Below are positions 44,117 to 53,711 of a DNA stretch of 64,000 bases, piece after piece. Under the pieces are notes generated by a model. It saw only the letters and a program-made list of their open reading frames with translations. It was not told the DNA's origin and did no database searches. The stretch comes from an uncultured bacterium. Lineage in GTDB: Bacteria > Auribacterota > Erginobacteria > Erginobacterales > Erginobacteraceae. Made by a program: the position numbers and the translations under genes. Each line of letters begins with the position of its first letter. The stretch's first letter is position 1. The stretch is taken from contig CAWGIE010000016.1 of the NCBI GenBank assembly GCA_963822585.1, forward strand, positions 1 through 64,000. The letters run 5' to 3'.

Positions 44117-45406
44117 TCAGCGCGCCGGGCTGCACGGCCGGATGACAATCGCCCGCTCTCGACCAGGCGTCGCGGGCTCGGGTTGCCGGTTGGCGATGAT
44201 CTCGCTGAACAGCTCGAGCTGGCCCCGGCTGGTCTCCCCCCAGCCAAAGCGCTCGGCATAACCGCGCGTGACGGCGCGATCGGGCGGATCGTCCAGCAGC
44301 ATTCGCACGCCCGCCGCAATCGCTTTGGGCGTATTTTCGACCAGCAGTCCCGCGGATCGGCTTTGCACGACTTCGCGATTTCCCGCGATGTTGCTCGCGA
44401 CCACCGGCGTGCCGCAGGCCATCGCCTCGAGCAGCACGTTGGCCCAGCCCTCTCGGCTCGACGCCAGCACCAGCGCATCCGCCGCGGTGTAGAAGCGGGG
44501 CAAGGCGGCATGCGGCTGCGCGCCGAGGAACCGCACGCGATCCGCAACGCCGCAACGCGCCGCGAGGGCGCATAGCCGCTCGCGTTCCCCGCCCTCGCCG
44601 ATCACCAGCAGGTCGACCCCCGCCAGCATGGCCAGTGCTTCGATGATCCGATGATGGCCCTTGCGTTCGATGAGATGCCCGACCGAAAGCAAGGCGGGGC
44701 GGCGAAGGCCAAGGCTTGCTCGCGCCGCTATCCGCTCGGCGGGGCGGAACAACGTCGTGTCGACTCCATTGCGCAATATCCGGATTTGCTCCGGGCGCGC
44801 GCCGAGCTCCAGCAGCCCGGCTTGCAGCGCGGCGCTGACGGTGATCAGCCCGTCGGCGCGCGCCATCGCGCGGCGGATCAGGAGCCGCGGCACGGCATGC
44901 TCGGGGAGTTGCGTGACATCGGAACCGCGCGCCGTGATCACGACAGGAAGCCCGAGCCGCGCCCCGAGCCAGATCGCTGCCACCCCGTCGGGATAGAGAT
45001 AATGCGCGTCGATCGCGTCAAATTCCAATCCGGCGCCGGTCAGCCGCCGCAGCGCTCGCAGGCTGCCCTGGTAAAGCAGGAATGGTGCCGCCTCCATGCC
45101 GACCCGCGGAACCGCCGGGTAGCGCGGGTGATGGATATTCAGCCCGTGCCGCCGCTCCAGCGGAGCGACTCTCGCATAGCCGCTCCATTTGCCGAAGCGG
45201 GCCGACCGAAACGGAAAGAACGGCACGGGGGCCAGCACCGTCGCCCGCGCCGCGCCAGTTCCCACCAGGTGGCGGAGCCGGTTTTCGACGAACACGCCGT
45301 GGTTGGGCTGGGCGTCGTTGGGGAACAGGGTCGTGAATGTCAACAATCTCACCGGCAATCGCACCGGCGCCGCACCGAGCTTCGCCGGTGGAACGGCCAG
45401 GCTCAT
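44117..45406 (-). CDS. Glycosyltransferase family 4 (TuaC-like)
   Basis: TTLFPN, IDAHYLYPDG, TARGSD, REGWANVLLEAMACGTPVV. Confidence 0.92.
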   Translation of the reverse strand: MSLAVPPAKLGAAPVRLPVRLLTFTTLFPNDAQPNHGVFVENRLRHLVGTGAARATVLAPVPFFPFRSARFGKWSGYARVAPLERRHGLNIHHPRYPAVPRVGMEAAPFLLYQGSLRALRRLTGAGLEFDAIDAHYLYPDGVAAIWLGARLGLPVVITARGSDVTQLPEHAVPRLLIRRAMARADGLITVSAALQAGLLELGARPEQIRILRNGVDTTLFRPAERIAARASLGLRRPALLSVGHLIERKGHHRIIEALAMLAGVDLLVIGEGGERERLCALAARCGVADRVRFLGAQPHAALPRFYTAADALVLASSREGWANVLLEAMACGTPVVASNIAGNREVVQSRSAGLLVENTPKAIAAGVRMLLDDPPDRAVTRGYAERFGWGETSRGQLELFSEIIANRQPEPATPGRERAIVIRPCSPAR

Positions 45407-46767
45407 CGCGCGCCTTCCTGAAACAGGATGACCCGCACCGTCGCGATCAGGATGAGCAGGTCGAGAAAAATTCCCCGATGTTTCAGATAATAGAGATCGT
45501 AGGACAGCTTCATCCGGGCATCATCGAGGGAAGCGCCGTACGGAAAGTTGACCTGCGCCCAGCCGGTGATGCCGGGCTTTACCCAGTGGCGGTCGCCGTA
45601 GTGCGGAATGGCGCGGGCGAGCTGCGCCACGAAATGCGGGCGTTCCGGCCGCGGCCCGATCAGGCTCATCTCTCCCCTGAGCACATTGATCAGTTGCGGC
45701 AGTTCATCAATCCGCAGCGATCGGATGACGCGCCCGACGCCGGTCACCCTGGGATCGTTCTTGTCCGCCCAAGCCGGTCCACGCCCGGCCTCGGCGTCCG
45801 GGGTCATGCTGCGAAATTTCAGCAGGGTGAACTGCTTGCCGAACCGGCCGATCCGCTCTTGGCGGTAAAGCACCGGCCCCGGCCCCTCGATGCGAATCAG
45901 CAACGCCACCAGCAGCATCAATGGCAAGAAAAACGGCAGCAGAACCCCGCTCACCAGCAGGTCGAGGCTCCGCCGCAGCCCGGATTGCATCCGCCCGCAG
46001 GAGAACCCCTCGGCGAAAGCCAGCCAGTCGGCGCCGAGGTGATCGATATCCACCCGCCGCAATTGGCGTTCGCGGAACTCCACATCGGTGAAAAACCTGA
46101 CCCCTTCCGCTTTGTAACGCAGCAAGTCCTGGGCCGCGAGCCGCGCCCGGGCAGTGGGAGTGACCACGACAGCCCAGACCCCGAGTTCGCGGATCCGCTC
46201 CGGGCGGGGCAGCCCGTCTTCCTCGGAAACGATGCCGACCAGCCGGTAAAACGGCCCGACCGGCGCGGTGATGGCTTCCCGCGCCCGCAGCGCCGCGGGG
46301 CCGGAGCCGACCACGATCAGGCGGCGAACGAAAAAATCAAACTGCAAGGCGACGCATAGCGTCGTGCGCGTTGCGACTAGGCAGACGATCCAGGCGAGCA
46401 GGATCTCGAGCAGATCGCGCGCGTCGTGGCTCGCCAGCTCCCCCACTTTCAGGCCGAGCGCACTGCTGGCCGCGAGCAGCACCGGAAACGCCAACGCCGC
46501 GGCCGCAGCGGTATTGACCGCGAGCGCCCGCCACGCAAAGCAGGTCTCCGCGCGATACAGTCCGACCGCGATCGCGGCGAGCCCGATGGTGAGCGCGAGC
46601 AGCGCCGCGACGCCGAGTGTCCGCGGATTCTGAATCGGCGCGCTATGGCCGGTTACCGCGACAGTTACTGATAAGAAGACGCTGAAGGCGACGAAGCACA
46701 GCAGCAGCTCCAACAGCCATAGCAGCACCATTTCAGCGGGCATGTAGTGCCCGAAAACTCGCACCAT
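45403..46767 (-). CDS. Priming polyprenyl-phosphate sugar phosphotransferase, XrtA-system type
   Basis: MVRVFGHY start, KFRSM, DPRVT, RIDELPQL, GPRPERP, VKPGITGWAQV, KLSYDLYY. Confidence 0.94.
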   Translation of the reverse strand: MVRVFGHYMPAEMVLLWLLELLLCFVAFSVFLSVTVAVTGHSAPIQNPRTLGVAALLALTIGLAAIAVGLYRAETCFAWRALAVNTAAAAALAFPVLLAASSALGLKVGELASHDARDLLEILLAWIVCLVATRTTLCVALQFDFFVRRLIVVGSGPAALRAREAITAPVGPFYRLVGIVSEEDGLPRPERIRELGVWAVVVTPTARARLAAQDLLRYKAEGVRFFTDVEFRERQLRRVDIDHLGADWLAFAEGFSCGRMQSGLRRSLDLLVSGVLLPFFLPLMLLVALLIRIEGPGPVLYRQERIGRFGKQFTLLKFRSMTPDAEAGRGPAWADKNDPRVTGVGRVIRSLRIDELPQLINVLRGEMSLIGPRPERPHFVAQLARAIPHYGDRHWVKPGITGWAQVNFPYGASLDDARMKLSYDLYYLKHRGIFLDLLILIATVRVILFQEGAR

Positions 46768-47163
46768 TGCGGAGTCCCCCTCAAACCGTGGTTCGCGAAG
46801 CCTGGGGACTTCGTCGGGTGATCACGGCGCCAGCGGCAACCTTCAGCGCTTCCACGAAAAAGCTGAAAATTCTTTTTCCCGACGTCGCGCGCCGAGAGTT
46901 ATCGCGTCCTCTTGTTTTGAGAGGGATCGCCCGCCGCGCACTGTAACGAAAGCTTAGCTTTCCGTCAATGAAAAGAGGGATGATGGGGGCGCGCGCCTCC
47001 GGTAAAAAAAGTCTTCTTCACTTTTGAGACGAAACAGGGCAGAATTTGCCGCGCCGGACAACTGAAGGGGAGTGTACCGAGAGCTGTCGCGCGGCGCTCG
47101 CCTCTGGCAGTCTCACCCGAGACCCTCCCGCGATGGGGGCGGTGGAGGACGCAGGTGAACGAT

Positions 47164-47238
47164 AGGCGTGTAGCTCAATGGTGGAGCGCTGCCGCGACCT
47201 GGCAGAGGCAGGGGGTTCAATTCCTTCCGCGCCTACCA
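47164..47238 (+). tRNA. tRNA-Val(GAC)-like element with non-canonical features (pseudo-tRNA or specialised tRNA)
   Basis: Acceptor AGGCGTG/CGCGCCT, D-arm GCTC/GAGC, anticodon stem CTGCC/GGCAG with loop GCGACCT, T-arm GGGGG-TTCAATT-CCTTC, discriminator A and encoded CCA. Confidence 0.85.
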
Positions 47239-47276
47239 TCCCCGCCTCGGTGCGGGCCAGGCCCGTCCTCGCGCTC

Positions 47277-47906
47277 ATGAGAGCCGTCGCGAAGTCCCTC
47301 GCCGCGCTGGCTTGCCTTGTGGCGCCGTTGGCGGGCTGCGGCTCGCCCTGGGCGACCGCGCCAGTCCTGGCGCTGACGGCGGCGTCCCGGCCGGCGAGCG
47401 AATACGTCATCGGCCCGGGCGACACGCTCGGCATCTTCGTCTATCGGGCGCCCGAGCTCAGCGTCACGGCGTTGCCGGTGCGGCCGGACGGGCGGATTTC
47501 GGTGCCGCTGATTCCCGACCTGGTCGCGTCGGGCAAAACCCCGACCCAGCTCGGCACCAAAATCGCAGGCCGCCTCAAGAAATACGTCAAGGATCCGATT
47601 GTCACCGTCATGGTGCAATCGTTCGTCGGTCCCTTCAACCGGCAGATTCGCGTGATCGGCCAGGCGACCGAACCGCTCGCCATTCCTTACCGCGATCACA
47701 TGACGGTGCTCGACGTGATGATCGCGGTCAAAGGTCTCACGCGGTTTGCCGCCGGCAACCGCGCGGTGATCGTCCGCCGCGCGCCGGGCGGGCGCGAGCG
47801 GACCCTGCATGTTCATCTCGCCGACCTTCTGAAAGACGGCGATATTTCGCAGAACGTCGCCATGGAGCCCGGCGACATCCTGATCATTCCGCAGAGCTGG
47901 TTCTAG
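47277..47906 (+). CDS. Polysaccharide export lipoprotein (Wza-like), XrtA-system type
   Basis: Lipobox LAGC, YVIGPGD, VRPDGRISVPL, PGDILIIPQSWF. Confidence 0.93.
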   Translation: MRAVAKSLAALACLVAPLAGCGSPWATAPVLALTAASRPASEYVIGPGDTLGIFVYRAPELSVTALPVRPDGRISVPLIPDLVASGKTPTQLGTKIAGRLKKYVKDPIVTVMVQSFVGPFNRQIRVIGQATEPLAIPYRDHMTVLDVMIAVKGLTRFAAGNRAVIVRRAPGGRERTLHVHLADLLKDGDISQNVAMEPGDILIIPQSWF

Positions 47907-47909
47907 ACC

Positions 47910-49421
47910 ATGAGCGACGTGCTCGATCTCATACGTCAGTACGTCAGGTCCGGGTGGCGCCATCGCTGGATCGGCCTGGCGGCGGTCTGGACGGTCTGCG
48001 TGGTCGGCTGGGCAGGCGTGTACACGATACCCAACAGCTATGAATCGAGCGCTAGGCTCTACATAGACGTCGACGCCGTGCTCACTCCGCTGCTGCGCGG
48101 GATTGCGCTCGACAACACCCCGCTCAGCCAACTCGAGATTCTGCAGCAAACCCTGCTGAGCCGCCCCAATCTGGAAAAGCTGATTTCGCGGACGGCGCTG
48201 CACCTCGGCGCGACGACACCACGCAGCCGGGAGGCGCTGATCGGGCGGCTCGGCAAGGAGATCAAGATCGAACCGCAAAGCCGCAATCTCTTTTCCGTCG
48301 TGTATCGCAGCCACGACCCGCAAGTCGCCCACAGCGTCGTCCATACGATACTCTCTATCTACATGGAGAGGGCCGCCGGCTCCCGCAGATCGGATACCGA
48401 GAACGCCGAGCGGTTCCTGCACCAGCAAATCACATCCTACGAGAAGCGGCTGCGCGCGGCGGAGCAGCGCCGCGCCGAATTCCAGTCGAAATACATCGAG
48501 GTGCTTCCGGGAGCGAATGGCGGCGCTTCGCAGCTCGAGCTCGTGCGCTCGGAAGTGCGCAAGGTGAAGGGAGAGCTTCAGGACGCGACCGCGCGCCGTG
48601 ATATGCTGGAGGCCAACCTCAAGGACACGCCGCCGCTGCTGACCGCGGATGCGGAATTCGCGATGCTCTCCGGCAATGCCACCACGCCGCTGGCCGAAGC
48701 CGAACGTCAGCTGCGGGAACTGCGGCTGCGCTACACCGAGCAGGATCCGGATGTGATAGAGGCCCGCGAGCGTGTCGCGGTACTCAAACGGACCGGCGGC
48801 GGTGCCGCGGTCGGCAATCACAAGCGTTCCCTGGCGAACCCGGTTTACCAGCAGCTCAAGCTGCACCTGATCGATGCGACCGCGACCGTGGCCTCGTTGC
48901 AGCGCCGACTCCGCGATGCCACGGCAAGCCAGGATCGCCTGAATAGGATAGTACGCGCCGAGCCGGGGCTTCAGGCGGAAGCCGCCAACCTCGATCGCGA
49001 TTACAACGTGCTCAAGCGGGATTACGAGGAGCTGCTCGCCCGGCGGGAGGCGATGCGCATAGCCACCGCGGCGGATCGGCACGCCGACAAGGCGAAAATA
49101 TCGGTGGTCGATCCCCCGGAGCTGCCGCGGGTTCCGGTTGCGCCGAAACGGGCCCTGCTGTTCTCCGGCGTTCTGGTTGCTGGATTCGGCGCCGCAATCG
49201 GCCTCGTGTTTCTGTTGATCCAATTCGACGACTCGTTTGAGACGATCCAGAGCCTGCGCAGTCTGGGCCCGCCGGTAATCGGCGGCATTTCGCTGCGCCG
49301 GTTTCCGGATTCGAAGGACCAGACCGCGTCGGTTGTGGCCTTCATGCTTGGGCTGGTCGTGCTGATTGCGGTATTCGGCGGATTGATCGCCGGCCTCCAC
49401 GGATGGCCGAACGCCATATGA
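47910..49421 (+). CDS. Polysaccharide chain-length determinant / co-polymerase
   Basis: Two terminal TM regions around a coiled coil; PNSYESSARLY, YTEQDPDV, VVDPP. Confidence 0.9.
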   Translation: MSDVLDLIRQYVRSGWRHRWIGLAAVWTVCVVGWAGVYTIPNSYESSARLYIDVDAVLTPLLRGIALDNTPLSQLEILQQTLLSRPNLEKLISRTALHLGATTPRSREALIGRLGKEIKIEPQSRNLFSVVYRSHDPQVAHSVVHTILSIYMERAAGSRRSDTENAERFLHQQITSYEKRLRAAEQRRAEFQSKYIEVLPGANGGASQLELVRSEVRKVKGELQDATARRDMLEANLKDTPPLLTADAEFAMLSGNATTPLAEAERQLRELRLRYTEQDPDVIEARERVAVLKRTGGGAAVGNHKRSLANPVYQQLKLHLIDATATVASLQRRLRDATASQDRLNRIVRAEPGLQAEAANLDRDYNVLKRDYEELLARREAMRIATAADRHADKAKISVVDPPELPRVPVAPKRALLFSGVLVAGFGAAIGLVFLLIQFDDSFETIQSLRSLGPPVIGGISLRRFPDSKDQTASVVAFMLGLVVLIAVFGGLIAGLHGWPNAI

Positions 49422-50338
49422 CAGCGCCCTCCCCGCCCCTTCATCTGGTCGAGCGCGTCGCCAGGCGCCTGAGTGGCCCGATGGCGCTGGCTGACAAGCC
49501 AGCACCCCAGGTCGCCGCGCCGGTGGTGCGGCTGCCCGCCACGGCGTTCGCCGGAACGAAGCGGCCCGGCGCTGCGGTCCGTCCGGCGCCCATCGCTCTT
49601 CCGCCGGGCGAGACGATCAGCGCCGCCCGCCTCGAGCAGGGCGGGATGATCGAGCAAATGACCGAAGGCAATCGCATCTGGGAAGAATTTCGCATCGCGC
49701 AGACTCAGCTCACGGTCGATCCGGGCGCCTCCGCTGGCCAGAACGACGTTTGCGCCAATGTCTGCCTGGTAACCAGCGCCTTGCCACGCGAGGGCAAATC
49801 GTTCTGCGCGATCAATCTCGCGGCAAGCCTGGCGCGCCACAGCACCAGCAAGGTGCTGCTGGTCGATGTGACTGCGCAGCCCAACTGCCTCAGCACGAAG
49901 CTGGCGATTCCGAGCGGCCGCTTCGGCTTGCGCGATCTGGCGGCCAGCCCCGGCGCCGACCCGGCCAAGGCTGTCGTTGCCACGCCTATGCCGAATTTGC
50001 TGTTCATGCCGATCGGTGCGCGTCATGAAGACCGCAGCCTGCCGATCGCTTCGGCAATTCAGGAGCTGTCGTGCAGCTTTGGCGATCACTTTCTCATACT
50101 CGACGCCCCGGCATGCTTGTGCAGCAGCACTCCGAGCACGCTGGCCGCGCTGGTCGGCCAGATCGTTTTGATCGTGGAAGCAGAGCGCACCCAACGCAAG
50201 GAAATCGAGGCGGCACTCGACCTGATCGAAGCCTGTTCCAACGTGAAGCTCATCCTGAACAAGATCGAATCCAGCGCGAGCCATACATTCGGAGCTTATC
50301 GAAACGCGCCCTACCACGCCACGGCGCGGAATTCGTGA
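49418..50338 (+). CDS. BY-kinase-like tyrosine autokinase, stand-alone ATPase domain
   Basis: EEFRI, Walker A SALPREGKS, AINLA, LILDAP. Confidence 0.85.
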   Translation: MTAPSPPLHLVERVARRLSGPMALADKPAPQVAAPVVRLPATAFAGTKRPGAAVRPAPIALPPGETISAARLEQGGMIEQMTEGNRIWEEFRIAQTQLTVDPGASAGQNDVCANVCLVTSALPREGKSFCAINLAASLARHSTSKVLLVDVTAQPNCLSTKLAIPSGRFGLRDLAASPGADPAKAVVATPMPNLLFMPIGARHEDRSLPIASAIQELSCSFGDHFLILDAPACLCSSTPSTLAALVGQIVLIVEAERTQRKEIEAALDLIEACSNVKLILNKIESSASHTFGAYRNAPYHATARNS

Positions 50339-52062
50339 CCCCCTTGCCGGGGCGAGCCGCGCCACGCCGGCTATGCGTCCTCGGGCTCGCCTTGCCAGCG
50401 CTGGTTCCGGCCAACTCCGTCCATGCCCAGCCGGTCAACCCGGATCAAACCGCCGCCGGCCTCCCCGCCATCCAGGAACCGCCAGCGCCCGGTCCGCCGG
50501 GACAACCCGTGCCGCTTGCGGAAAAGCCCGCGCCGGAGATCCGGCTCGGAGACATGCGGTCGCTGCTCGGCCAGCTCCCGCCGTCGCAGCCAACCGGGGC
50601 GCCCGCCAGCAACTGGACCATCGTCCCCTCGATCGGGCTGCAGGAGATGGCCACCGACAACGTGTTCAGCACCGCGAGCAGCCGCCGCGCGGACCTCGTC
50701 ACCAGCCTGAGCCCGGGCATTCTGATCAATGGCGACACGCAGCGCCTGCGCGCAACGATAAGCTACGCACCACAGCTGCAACTTTACGCCTTCACCCCCG
50801 GTCAGAACAACATCGCGCAAAATTTCAACGGCGAGGCAACGGTTTCGGTGATTCCCGGCTGGCTCCTGGTCAATGCGCAGGCGTTCGCGACACAGCAGGC
50901 CATTTCCGGCGGCTACGCGCCTGGCGGCACGCCGGTGCTGACCAACCAGAATCGCGCCGATGTCACCAGCTTCACCATCACGCCCTATTTGAGCCACACG
51001 TTCGATGGAATCGGCACGGGGCAGCTCGGCTACGCCTTCAACCATAGCTCCCAATCCGGCGTGACCGCGGTGCAACCCAGTTCGGCACTGCCGTTTTTCA
51101 TGAACAACGACATATCCACGAGCGAGGAGTTCGCGAAGTTTTCCACCGGCGAGAATTTCGGCCGAATAAACAACAAGGTCATCTTGAAGGCCAGCCAAAA
51201 TACCGGGCAGGGAATTGTCGACAACTCGCATGAGAATTTTTACACCGACACGTTCGCCTATGCTCTCAATCGGTCGATAAGCTTGGTGGTCGAGGGAGGG
51301 TACGAGCAGATCGCCTATCCGAACGGCATACCTCCGTTCCGGGTGGATGACCTGGTCTGGGCGGGCGGCTTCAAGCTGCAGCCGAATCCGGACAGCACGA
51401 TCATTGCGCTCTATCGCCATCTGTATGGCGTGAATGCGCCTTATCTCGATGCCACGTACGCGTTGACCGCGCGCACCAAGCTTTATGCTTCCTATTCCGA
51501 TATAATCGGGACTCAGACGCAGATCTTGCAGGATACGCTTGCCGAGACCACGCTCGGCGGACGCGGCACACCGGTTGACTTGCAAACCGGGGCGCCGGTG
51601 CTCGTGGTCAACCAGCTGCTGGGAGTTCAGAACGGGCTGGTCCGGCAAAAGCAGCTGATGTTGCGGACCAGCACGGGCTTCGAGCGCGACACTGTGTCGT
51701 TGAACGCCTTGCATCAATCGCAGACGCTGCTTTCGGTGAGTTCCGGCCTCTCCGGATTTTCGCAAAGCGGTACCTCGGGCGGCATTACCTGGACCCATGA
51801 CCTGAGCACGGCCGCCTCCAGCACGCTCTACTTGCAATACGGCGTCTTGTCCTTCAGCGAGCCGGGCGCCGCGACCGGCTCCCAGCGGATCCTCACCGGC
51901 TCGCTGGCCCTGACCTACAATTTCAGCCAGTCGGTGAGCGGAACCATCCAGTATGTGCTCACGAACAACATTTCTCTCGGCTCCACGGTTCAGCCGACCG
52001 GGCTGCCCGCGCAAGGTTTCCTGGACAACGTCGTGCTGCTGGGAATACTGAAGCGCTTCTGA
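50335..52062 (+). CDS. Outer-membrane beta-barrel protein of PEP-CTERM-associated EPS loci
   Basis: Signal peptide, Pro-rich linker, PSIGLQEMATDNV, C-terminal Phe (ILKRF); located after the kinase. Confidence 0.82.
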   Translation: MTPLPGRAAPRRLCVLGLALPALVPANSVHAQPVNPDQTAAGLPAIQEPPAPGPPGQPVPLAEKPAPEIRLGDMRSLLGQLPPSQPTGAPASNWTIVPSIGLQEMATDNVFSTASSRRADLVTSLSPGILINGDTQRLRATISYAPQLQLYAFTPGQNNIAQNFNGEATVSVIPGWLLVNAQAFATQQAISGGYAPGGTPVLTNQNRADVTSFTITPYLSHTFDGIGTGQLGYAFNHSSQSGVTAVQPSSALPFFMNNDISTSEEFAKFSTGENFGRINNKVILKASQNTGQGIVDNSHENFYTDTFAYALNRSISLVVEGGYEQIAYPNGIPPFRVDDLVWAGGFKLQPNPDSTIIALYRHLYGVNAPYLDATYALTARTKLYASYSDIIGTQTQILQDTLAETTLGGRGTPVDLQTGAPVLVVNQLLGVQNGLVRQKQLMLRTSTGFERDTVSLNALHQSQTLLSVSSGLSGFSQSGTSGGITWTHDLSTAASSTLYLQYGVLSFSEPGAATGSQRILTGSLALTYNFSQSVSGTIQYVLTNNISLGSTVQPTGLPAQGFLDNVVLLGILKRF

Positions 52063-52214
52063 AACGGGCTGACAGGATCGACCGGGCGGCGGCGGAACTC
52101 GCCGGCCATCATGCCTGGCGCCGGCTGCCGCCATTCGCCGCCTTCGCCGCGCGAGCGCTGCCGGACCACAGCGGCGTGGGCCAGGGTTGAGGCGATGTTG
52201 TTTGCCCCGGGTGG

Positions 52215-52335
52215 TGCGATGCACGTTGGCCAGGAACCCGAAGTGGCGGATCCTGCGGAAGCCGTCGGGCAGCACATGTAGCAGGAAGCGGCGGATGAAC
52301 TCGTTGGCGGCGAGCGTCATCATCTTGGGTTTGTC
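52215..52335 (-). mobile_element. IS91-family transposase remnant
   Basis: MTLAANEFIRRFLLHVLPDGFRRIRHFGFLAN resembles the C-terminal motif region of IS91-family transposases. Confidence 0.8.
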
Positions 52336-52529
52336 GGGGATGGGACAACGTGTTCCTGATCCGTCTCCTCACCCAATTCGACCATGTAGCGCCCGCGGTT
52401 GCTGAGACATCTGGTTGCAGGCTACGCGGCCAGGGCCGCGGGTTGAAGCCCTGATCGCTCAGCCCTATCGTGCGGTGCGGGCATAGTGTAGAGTGCAGTC
52501 TCTCTGCGGCCCGAGTTGCCCCGAGTCCG

Positions 52530-53708
52530 ATGTCCCAAAGTGAATTCTTGTTTTCGGTGATCCGCGCCACCCTCGATTGTAGGGTAAACGTAGTTCCGGC
52601 ACTGCCGATCCCTCCTTGCGTCGACTGGGCCATGCTCGTCGAGCGTGCCCTCGCGCACGGGGTGGCGGCTTTTTTGAGCCGATACATCCTTGCGCTACCG
52701 CCTGAAGTCGTCTCGAGCGAGTTCAGCGCCGCGGCGGAGCATTTTCTGCGGCGCAGACGCGACGACGCTGCGGCCGCTATTGGCGACTTGCGGCAGGTGC
52801 TAGAAAACTTGGAGGCTGCCGGAATAGCAGCAGTCCCGTTTAAAGGTCCGCTCCTTGCAAATGAGGCCTATGGCCACTGGGCGGCGCGCGAGTTCAGGGA
52901 CCTCGACATCCTCATACCTGAGACTCAAGCGGAACGTGCAATCCATGTCCTTGAAGGGCTGGGATATTGCTCACAACAACATTTATCGACCCAGCAGCGC
53001 CGAGCTTACTACCATTACAATGGCCAGGATTTGCTCGTTGGCCCAGGAAAATACCCCTTAGAACCCCATTGGAAGCTGGCCCCGAGCACATTAAGTATTC
53101 GCCTCGATCCAAGCGAACTGCTGCAACGGACACGCATTGTCTGTCTGGATCATTATAGGTTTCGAGTTTTGTCGCCAGAGGATACGTTGCTGGTCTTGGG
53201 ATTGCACGGCTCGAAAGAGCAGTGGGGTAGGCTCGTCTGGATCGCGGATGTGGCAGGATTCGTGCGCAATCACCCAGACTTGGATTGGAACGCGTTGTTG
53301 GGCACTGCCGAGAGAGCCGGAATTAAGCGTATGGTTCTGCTTGCGCTAGAATTGGCCTGCACGCTCGGCGTTCAGCCGCCTGACGAAGCAATGGCTGCCA
53401 TACGCTCTGATGTGATTTGTCGTCAGCTAGCGCGCCAATTACGCGAGCAATTCGCTAATTTGACGGTTGAACAATCGTCAGTTTTCCATCTTTGTCGTTT
53501 CCGATGGCTTATGCGGGAACGCTTGTCTGATCGGCTGCGCTATGCCGCGGCTACCTTGACGACCCCGCGGGTACAACACCTGCGGCTATTCGACAGCCCG
53601 CCCGTAATGGATTGGGTTCTGCCGATTGTGAAGGTCTCGCATGATTACCTGGCCAAGCCGATCTGGTTGACTGGACGTAAGGTTTTGCGTAACTGCCGGA
53701 GCAAATAG
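52530..53708 (+). CDS. Nucleotidyltransferase family protein (NTP_transf_5-like)
   Basis: VDWAMLVERALAHGV, PFKGPLLA...Y...REFRDLDILI, EPHW, RLVWIADV; start uncertain (52470 or 52530). Confidence 0.85.
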   Translation: MSQSEFLFSVIRATLDCRVNVVPALPIPPCVDWAMLVERALAHGVAAFLSRYILALPPEVVSSEFSAAAEHFLRRRRDDAAAAIGDLRQVLENLEAAGIAAVPFKGPLLANEAYGHWAAREFRDLDILIPETQAERAIHVLEGLGYCSQQHLSTQQRRAYYHYNGQDLLVGPGKYPLEPHWKLAPSTLSIRLDPSELLQRTRIVCLDHYRFRVLSPEDTLLVLGLHGSKEQWGRLVWIADVAGFVRNHPDLDWNALLGTAERAGIKRMVLLALELACTLGVQPPDEAMAAIRSDVICRQLARQLREQFANLTVEQSSVFHLCRFRWLMRERLSDRLRYAAATLTTPRVQHLRLFDSPPVMDWVLPIVKVSHDYLAKPIWLTGRKVLRNCRSK

Positions 53709-53711
53709 CTC

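Noticed and set aside
47178..47276. N-terminal extension of the export protein through the tRNA-like element
   Set aside because: ATG at 47277 gives a normal lipoprotein signal ending LAGC; the extension overlaps the cloverleaf
47217..52323. Long minus-strand ORFs of 762, 447 and 650 aa
   Set aside because: Antisense shadows of the export genes; only the first 35 or so codons of 50371..52323 are meaningful (IS91 remnant)
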